The notes beneath the pieces are model-generated. The model was not told where the DNA came from, made no database searches, and saw nothing but the letters and a program-made list of their open reading frames with translations. Below are positions 25,435 to 32,789 of a stretch of 32,789 nucleotides of DNA, piece after piece. Made by a program: the position numbers and the translations under genes. The first letter of the stretch is position 1; the number at the start of each line of letters is the position of its first letter. Source of the DNA: Pelomyxa schiedti (lineage: Eukaryota > Protista > Evosea); NCBI GenBank assembly GCA_020536535.1, contig JAHLWZ010000747.1, forward strand, positions 1 through 32,789, written 5' to 3'.

Positions 25435-28400
25435 ATGGTGATGGCTACGATGACTCCTCATTGCCTCGGAACTGACACAAGGGGGGAATGTGATGGGGGC
25501 CTTGACATGTACGCGTACATGTACTGGGGGAACCAGTGGGGGACATACAAAGTCGTCGACTGTGGTGTCGTGCAGCCAGAGTTCGATGCCGACATGTCAG
25601 GTTCCACGAACCACGGCCCTCACTTGGACCCAGATATACCTTACACATTAGCTTGGTGGACCTGGTATTCTTGCTGCGAGATCTTTTTTTTCCCCTTTTT
25701 ATTTCAATTTTAATTTTACAATCATTAATTTTTATCTCCATTTTGGGTTGTTTTGTGAAGTGTATGCGGGGGGGCTTTTTTCCTGGAACTAAATGGTGAA
25801 ATCGTACTAGGTATCCCCCTACTGATGTTGCAGATGACGTTCAGTGCTATTTTAAAACAAATTGGCAACTTCGTATTGCGGCTGGGAGTTCCCAAGTGGA
25901 CCCAAATAATATGCAGTCATTGGCCATAGTTGTGAACTTGCCGGAGAGTGGGGAAGTACCCGCCTTGGATGTATCAACCCAGTTTGAGATTGACATGTAC
26001 TGCTATGACAAGTTCGTTAGCTCTGTTTCTTTCCAGTTTTTGTTCACGTGTGGGCACTACGTCAACTCAACTGATGGCACATCCCCTCCGTACTTTGAAA
26101 ATGTTCTTTTTGAGTTGGCTGGGCAATTATTTGGTATTCGAGCAATAACTGTTAGATAGGTGGAACTGTTTTCCTCAGGGTTGTTATTCTTATTGCGAGG
26201 AGCACGGAACTTGTTTGTACTACTGGGGAAAATGTCAGTGTGATAAAGGCTGGTCAGGAGACACCTGCCAGATGCAGTGGAACTACAATCACACTCTGTG
26301 TCCTTCTCAAACCTTGAATGTGACTTACTACGTTCCGTATGCTTTTTTTCTTTTGTTCAAGAGTTAAAGTTATTTCACAGTGCTGTCATGTACGGTTACA
26401 CTGGTTGGCTTGCTGACCTCAAGGCATATACAATTCCAGGAAGCTATGGTGCAGAGGTAAGGGACTGGGTTTACGTCCTGACATGGGCTCAGTGGACTAA
26501 CAAATCTGACCCTCGTGTGACCACTGGCATGAATTCCAGTGGTGTGTTTCCTACCTATTTGCCTCCTGGAACATACAGCATGGTCGTATCCTCCGTTGCT
26601 GGTGGTGGATGGCTCATCAATGAAAATGTATGGTTTTTCCAACTTTTGAACGACTGACTCCACCCCAGTTTTATGTTCTTGACTATGATCAATGCGGATA
26701 CCCTGAGCATGAAGTTTTGTGTGGTGCCAGATCGACTAACAACTGTTTCAACACAACAGGCAACGGAATCTGCGTGAACGAGGAGTGCTGGTGCAACGGA
26801 GGATACTATTGGTTTGACTGCAGCAGAGGATGCTCTGCATGGACAAGGATTACAGACAAGAAAGGGATCATCACAAGTGACGCATGGATCATTGACCCAG
26901 AAGATGGCCAGAAAATGCACTATCTGAACAAAAATGTTTGCCGGTGGTTTTTGGACATGAGTGGATTCGGGATTGACTTCATCCGCTTCACGTTCACCTT
27001 CATGGATATTTATGACTTGGTCTCCTTTTATTATTCTGATAGTTCAGGGGCCTATGGTGATATGTATGCCCAGTTTTCAGGGGTAAGAGTGGTCTCTTTT
27101 AGGACTTGCCTGACTTTTCCTTTTTTGTCCCCTTTGTTTTTGTAAAGGACAAGGTTTCTACATCCATGCTCGATCCTATTGAAATGGACACAACACATGT
27201 CATCGTTGAACTTGATGCAGGACCACAAATTAGTCTCCATGGCTTCATTTTGGAATACGAAGCAATGCGGCGGCCAATCACACCAATCGGAGTCGGAGTT
27301 ATCATCGTCGTTTGTGCCATTTTAGCCATTCTTGGATTGACTGCAGGAAGCATTGCACTCTTCTTTTTGGTGAAGAGACAGAGGAGAATCGCTAGAGAGG
27401 GTCGCATGGCACCAGCTGACAAGATGGAAAGAATGATGACAAAAGAGGAGATTCAATCCGTGTTGACCTCCATCTCCAAGCAGAACTCCAAAGGAATGTT
27501 GGAGAAGATTGGCCTTGGAGTTGACAAAGACAATCTCACGTTTGGCCTGTCTCAGAGTGATGCATGCCCAGTTTCACAGAAGCTCGAGGATGAAGTCACG
27601 TTGAAGAACTACACTGATAAAAGCATCCACTTCCATTTCAGCGTTCCTGATGTTCCTCATGTTTGTGAATTGAACGCAACACCAGGTGTGGGAATTCTGC
27701 CGGCCAAAAAAGGCCTGAGAGTAAGAATTGAGTTCATGCTGAAATACACAACCCACTTTGAGCACCCTGTCAAAATCGAATTTCTGAGCGGAGAACAAGC
27801 TGTTGCCTCGGTGTGGCTCTCGATACAAGTTGAGGGTGCTGTTTCTGAAAGCATCAACCCTGACGAAGTCATGCTCAATCCAACTCCATTGGCTGCTGGT
27901 GGCTTTGGGTGAGTGTGTCTTATGTTAACTCTATTTTTTTTCCCGTATTATTATTAATACTTCACGTCAGGTCAGTGTTTGGAGGTGTTTATCGCTCTCA
28001 GATGGTTGCAGTGAAAATCCCAAAGCATCAAGAAGCCTTCAGAATTTCACAAATTAATGACTTCAATGAAGAGTGTGAGCTGATGAAGAGGATACGACAC
28101 CCGAACGTGGTGAACTTCATTGGTGCATCTCATGTTCCTGGTTTGTCTTTCCCCTCTCAGCATGTTGCGCACAGGAGTTTTCCTCCTACTCAACCTTTCC
28201 AGGGAAACTGTGCATCTGCATCGAGCTCGTTGAGAAAGGGAGCCTTGCCTCATTCCTCGAATCTTCTGCTGAAATATCCTTCGCACTCACACTGAAGTTT
28301 GCCATCAATTCTGCTGAGGCAATGTCATATTTGCACAAGAACAATGTTTTGTTCAGTGAGTGTTCTCTCCCCCCCTGACCTTCCTCCTCCCGTTTGTTCC

Positions 28401-29363
28401 AGCCGGTTTTGATGACGCATTTCAGGGGACTTGAAGTGTTCGAACATACTTGTCATTTCAACCGCACTCGATGCACCAGTCAACTGCAAATTAACCGGTA
28501 ATATCCCAAGATTTTGACATAATACCAACCAACACTTACTTTCTTTCAAGATTTTGGAACAGCGAGGAATGTTGAAAATGTTCATTTGGTGAAGAAATAC
28601 ACTCTGGGCATTGGAACACCGGCCTACATGGTTTGTATTCGTTGCCAGTCATCAGGCACACTCACACCACTCATTGAACAATTCTAGGCACCCGAAATTC
28701 TGGCCATCAAGCCTTACAATTTCAAGGTGTGTTGTTTCCTTCACACCGATACCCATTGACTGTCATTCACATCAGGTTGATGTGTTCAGTTTCGGGATGT
28801 GCCTCTGGGAAATGTGGATGCGTGAAGAACTGTGGTCCGGAGTGCGTTTCTGGGACATTCCTTGCAAGGTACCTCCACTCAGCCTTTGACTTTACCCTCA
28901 GTCATGTTTCCATCAGATTGAACAAGGGATCAGACCGCAGTTCAATGAGGAATGCCCACAAGAATACTCAGAACTGACACAGAAATGCTGGTCACCAAAC
29001 GCGGAAGACAGGCCCGAGTTCCACGAAATCAGGGACACACTCACTCATATCCACAGCAATTCCACAAAACAACAACTCCACACAACAACAAAACCCAAAA
29101 AAGTGAACCCGGAAGCTCCGGCAACAACAACCACAACAGCTTCAACAGTGGCACCAACAACCAGAACCATCAAAACCACAACCAAAAAAGGAGGAGGAAC
29201 CACACCATTAGCCCCTGATGATGCCAGGTCATTCAATGTTGCAACAGGCAGGGACCAACAAAGGTTACACCACCTGTCCAGGAAACTAAAAACCACTCCC
29301 AGTCACCACCACACACCAAACAGCACATCAACAAAGAACCACAACCACTCCAACAACATTTGA
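25435..29363 (+). CDS. Transmembrane receptor kinase TMK-D, 13 exons
   Basis: Same exon structure and motifs; first in-frame ATG at 25435 (upstream TGA 25345-25347); 21-nt in-frame deletion at the end of exon 2. Confidence 0.85.
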
Positions 29364-29728
29364 ATCCTGTTGGTTACGAAACGTTGCGAATAAATTAATG
29401 TTAGAGAAGTGTGCTGAGGTACCAGAATATTTTTTCAAATATTATTAAAATTTATTGTTATTAACCCTGTCGTGACAGCAGGTCTTTTTTTTCCTCTTCA
29501 GGATCGCAAATCCGGTCAAGGGGATACAACCCCCAACTGGCGCATTATCCCTGTGACACATTATCCCTGTAGGGTAGTTTGCCATCAAGGCCTGAGTTAC
29601 AGCCAAAGGGCGCAGGTGCTACTGTCAGATTTCGCGGAAAGCTACAATCTACGGCTACCAACACACGCGCATCAGAGCCCGAGGGTTGTGGCGGATCTGA
29701 GGAGGCAGCGAGCACCCCAGCGGCGCCC

Positions 29729-31757
29729 ATGGAAACCACCAGCCCCGTGTCCCTGGAGGACGTGGTCGCCGAGGACGAGGACGACCCGAGCACCAACCAC
29801 AAGAGCCCCGCCGCCGCCGCCGAGGACAACGAGCAGGAGGAGGGGGAAGCGGCCGCGGGGCCACCAGAAAAGAGCAGCCCCCACCCCGCGGCGGTCCCTG
29901 CTGAGGACGAAGAGGCCGGAGGGGGCCAGGACAAGGACACCACAAAGGGCAAGGGCCACAAGGGAGCCGCCGCGGGCACCCACAATGACAAAGGCGACGA
30001 CAAGCGCGACGAGCCCACGGCAAAACAAATAGAAAACGAAACGGAGAAAAAGGATCAAGGAGGCGACGTCGACGATGATGGTAATGGGTCAGGCGATGAC
30101 AAGGGGGAACATAAGTGCGCGAAGTGCAAGAAGCAGCTACCGTCTGATCTCAACAGATTCCACTGCAATGAGTGCAAGGACAAGTCTTTTGATTTGTGCG
30201 AAGGTATCAAATGGGTGGCGTGAGATTTACGTTTTTTTTTTTTTTTTGGTTTTCGATTACCGGTTACTTATTTACACAGACTGTTATTTCACTGTGGAGG
30301 TACAGCATGTGCATGCTCCCCTTGTTCTGATTAAAGCTCTTGATCCACGTATGAGGGATTTGTAGTATTAAAAATTACTTATGGCAAATGCATAGCGACA
30401 ATTCTGTTTTCCTATCAGGATTCTTTAACAGGGCATACTGTGTACCTCAGTAACAGTACTGCCGCATTACAGAGGTCAAAGGCTCTACGTCAGAAGCTGG
30501 GTGTGTGTATTCTGTAATGACAAAGTCCTCCCCTTTTTCCCTTCTTGTGTGTTGAGGCCTCCTTTAACACGTTGTAGATTTCCGCTGTTCTGAGTTTATT
30601 GGAAATAACGCCTGACCATCTCATAAATGAAATCTACCGTGGCCAGCGAGGTGCCCTTTCAGATGGTTCCAAGCCCCTACTATCGGCTTCAATAATCGCT
30701 ATTGATAGGATGTGTGTATCACAACATAGCCATCCCTGATGTCACATCTCCTCTTTACCTTTCACCAGAACAACAAGCAACGCTTCTACCAGAGGCAAGC
30801 TGTTTCATTGACGCGGGTTTGACACAGGGAAACACCCTAGTTCATTGCGAGAAGGGCAGAAGGCGCTCACCAACCCTCATTGTTGGATGGCTATGCACTC
30901 GCAGAAAAACTGTGGATGAAGCTGTTTCCATTGTCAGCAGAGGGTATGGTGTGCAGGAAGAGGGCAGTACTGAAGTTGAGGGGATTGGCTCCGGAGGAGA
31001 AACATGGGGCGAAATATTTGTCAAGCAGAGATTGGAATGGATCAAGTGGCTGAGAGGTTGGAGTGGAAAAGCTTGGAGACCTATTGTGGAGACCTGGAAA
31101 AAGAACAACACGGAATTAATTCGCGGCTGGGCCAAACTACTACTGCGCTCACCCGGTGTAGAGTGCCTAGAGGCAGATAAATTGCCGGCAGTATTACGAG
31201 TAAAGGTAACACAACCTCCACCACAAACCACTGCATCCACAACAAAAACCACAACCGCACCGGCCGTAGTGGAACTATTGGACGACGAGGACGAGGAAGA
31301 GCACATGCTACGCACTGCGGCTGCTTCTAGAGAGGATGAGGATTCAGAGCAAGAAAGTTCCGGTGATGAAACCGATGAGAGCACCTCGGATACATCCACA
31401 TCGGACTCTGATGACAGTGCGGAAGAAGAGCAAGTACTTCCGAAGAAGCGAAGGAGGGTATCAAGCTCTTCTTCCTCGAGTGAAGATGATGAACAACCCA
31501 ACAAAACACCCAGTGCCCAAATCACAGAAACAAATATTCCACCACAACCAGAACCTTCCGGCATCACCAAGGAAGATACCAACAAAGCTCCCTCATCACC
31601 ACAACACCTATCCACCACTACTACATCAACAACAACCACAACACCAACAAAAACTCCACCTGCAACTGAACCGAAAACCACAAACCCACAATCCTCACCA
31701 GTTAATCCTACATCACCACCACATAAGAAGTACCGCCCCACTAACAGTAAACCCTGA
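29729..31757 (+). CDS. ZZ zinc finger / dual-specificity (CX5R) phosphatase with acidic and Thr/Pro-rich tail, copy 2
   Basis: Exons 29729-30203, 30280-30348, 30396-30502, 30578-30665, 30709-31757. ZZ finger; IPD general-acid loop; active site LVHCEKGRRRSPT; NLS-like PKKRRR. Start may lie further upstream. Confidence 0.85.
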
Positions 31758-32025
31758 TACTGATACTCTATGCAAACAACAACCCACGAGGTGCCGCAGC
31801 ACCAAAGGACAGGTTGCAACTGCAAATCTGAAACTAAAAAATAGACACCGCGGTTTAGCATAATTTCTTTTTCTCATTTTTTTCCTTCTTATCTTGAGTC
31901 AACGAAACGAAAACGAAAGACAAAGAAATCAAAAAAACAACAAGCAACAGGAGCAACATCCCCTCAGCAACCAAACAATAATCACAAATGGCCGCAGCAC
32001 TGACACCAGAACAGACCCAACAACT

Positions 32026-32125
32026 NNNNNNNNNNNNNNNNNNNNNNNNNNNNNNNNNNNNNNNNNNNNNNNNNNNNNNNNNNNNNNNNNNNNNNNNNNN
32101 NNNNNNNNNNNNNNNNNNNNNNNNN
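32026..32125. other. Assembly gap (100 N)
   Basis: Run of N. Confidence 1.
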
Positions 32126-32526
32126 AAAGTTCCGGTGATGAAACCGATGAGAGCACCTCGGATACATCCACATCGGACTCTGATGACAGTGCGGAAGAAG
32201 AGCAAGTACTTCCGAAGAAGCGAAGGAGGGTATCAAGCTCTTCTTCTTCCTCGAGTGAAGATGATGAACAACCCAACAAAACTGCCCAAATCACAGAAAC
32301 CAATATTCCACCACAACCAGAACCTTCCGGCATCACCAAGGAAGATACCAACAAACCGGCTCCCTCATCACCACAACAGCTATCCACCACTACATCAACA
32401 ACAACCACAACACCGACAAAAACTCCACCTGCAACTGAACCGAAAACCACAAACCCACAATCTTCACCAGTTAATCCTACATCACCACCACATAAGAAGT
32501 ACCGCCCCACTAACAGTAAATCCTGA
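32126..32526 (+). CDS. 3' fragment of another ZZ-phosphatase copy (low-complexity tail only)
   Basis: 32126-32789 duplicates 31354-32025 with frame-preserving indels in the coding part; ends ..KKYRPTNSKS*. Confidence 0.7.
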
Positions 32527-32789
32527 TACTCTCTATGCCAACAACCCACCAGGTGCCGCAGTACCAAAGGACGGGTGCAACTGCAAATCTGAAACTAAAA
32601 AAATAGACACCGCGGTTTAGCGTAATTTCTTGTTTCTCATTTTTTTCCTTCTTATCTTCCGTCAACGAAAACGAAAACGAAAGACAAAGAAATCAAAAAA
32701 ACAACAAGCAACAGGAGCAACATCCCCTCAGCAACCAAACAATAATCACAAATGGCCGCAGCACTGACACCAGAACAGACCCAACAACT

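Noticed and set aside
10531-29363. Alternative genetic code, programmed frameshifts or non-canonical introns to explain fragmented ORFs
   Set aside because: All breaks except the TMK-C G-run resolve with ordinary GT-AG introns.
30842-32567. Minus-strand ORFs of 339 and 212 aa
   Set aside because: Antisense to the low-complexity phosphatase tail.

Overview
Intron-rich eukaryotic DNA (short GT-AG introns, mostly ~40-70 nt, some up to ~190 nt; standard code). The gene families suggest an amoebozoan, plausibly an archamoeba such as Pelomyxa; that is inference only. Order: three tandem Sel1-repeat genes (7, 7 and 11 repeats) sharing an unrecognised N-terminal domain; a divergent CK2-alpha kinase (-) head-to-head with a prokaryote-like SAM methyltransferase (+); then four paralogous 13-exon receptor kinases, TMK-A to D (signal peptide, EGF-like and CUB-like ectodomain, TM, Ig/MSP-like domain, TKL kinase with FRD instead of HRD). 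TMK-C and TMK-D each sit in a duplicated three-gene cassette: [tandem dynein-light-chain-like protein (-)] <-> [receptor kinase (+)] -> [ZZ zinc finger plus dual-specificity phosphatase (+)]. The kinase paralogues are patchwork mosaics of one another, including introns. The Sel1 arrays look like capped, shuffled 108-nt modules with variable helix-A positions. Two 100-N gaps limit confidence in copy number. All gene models and alignments were made by eye; no searches were run.
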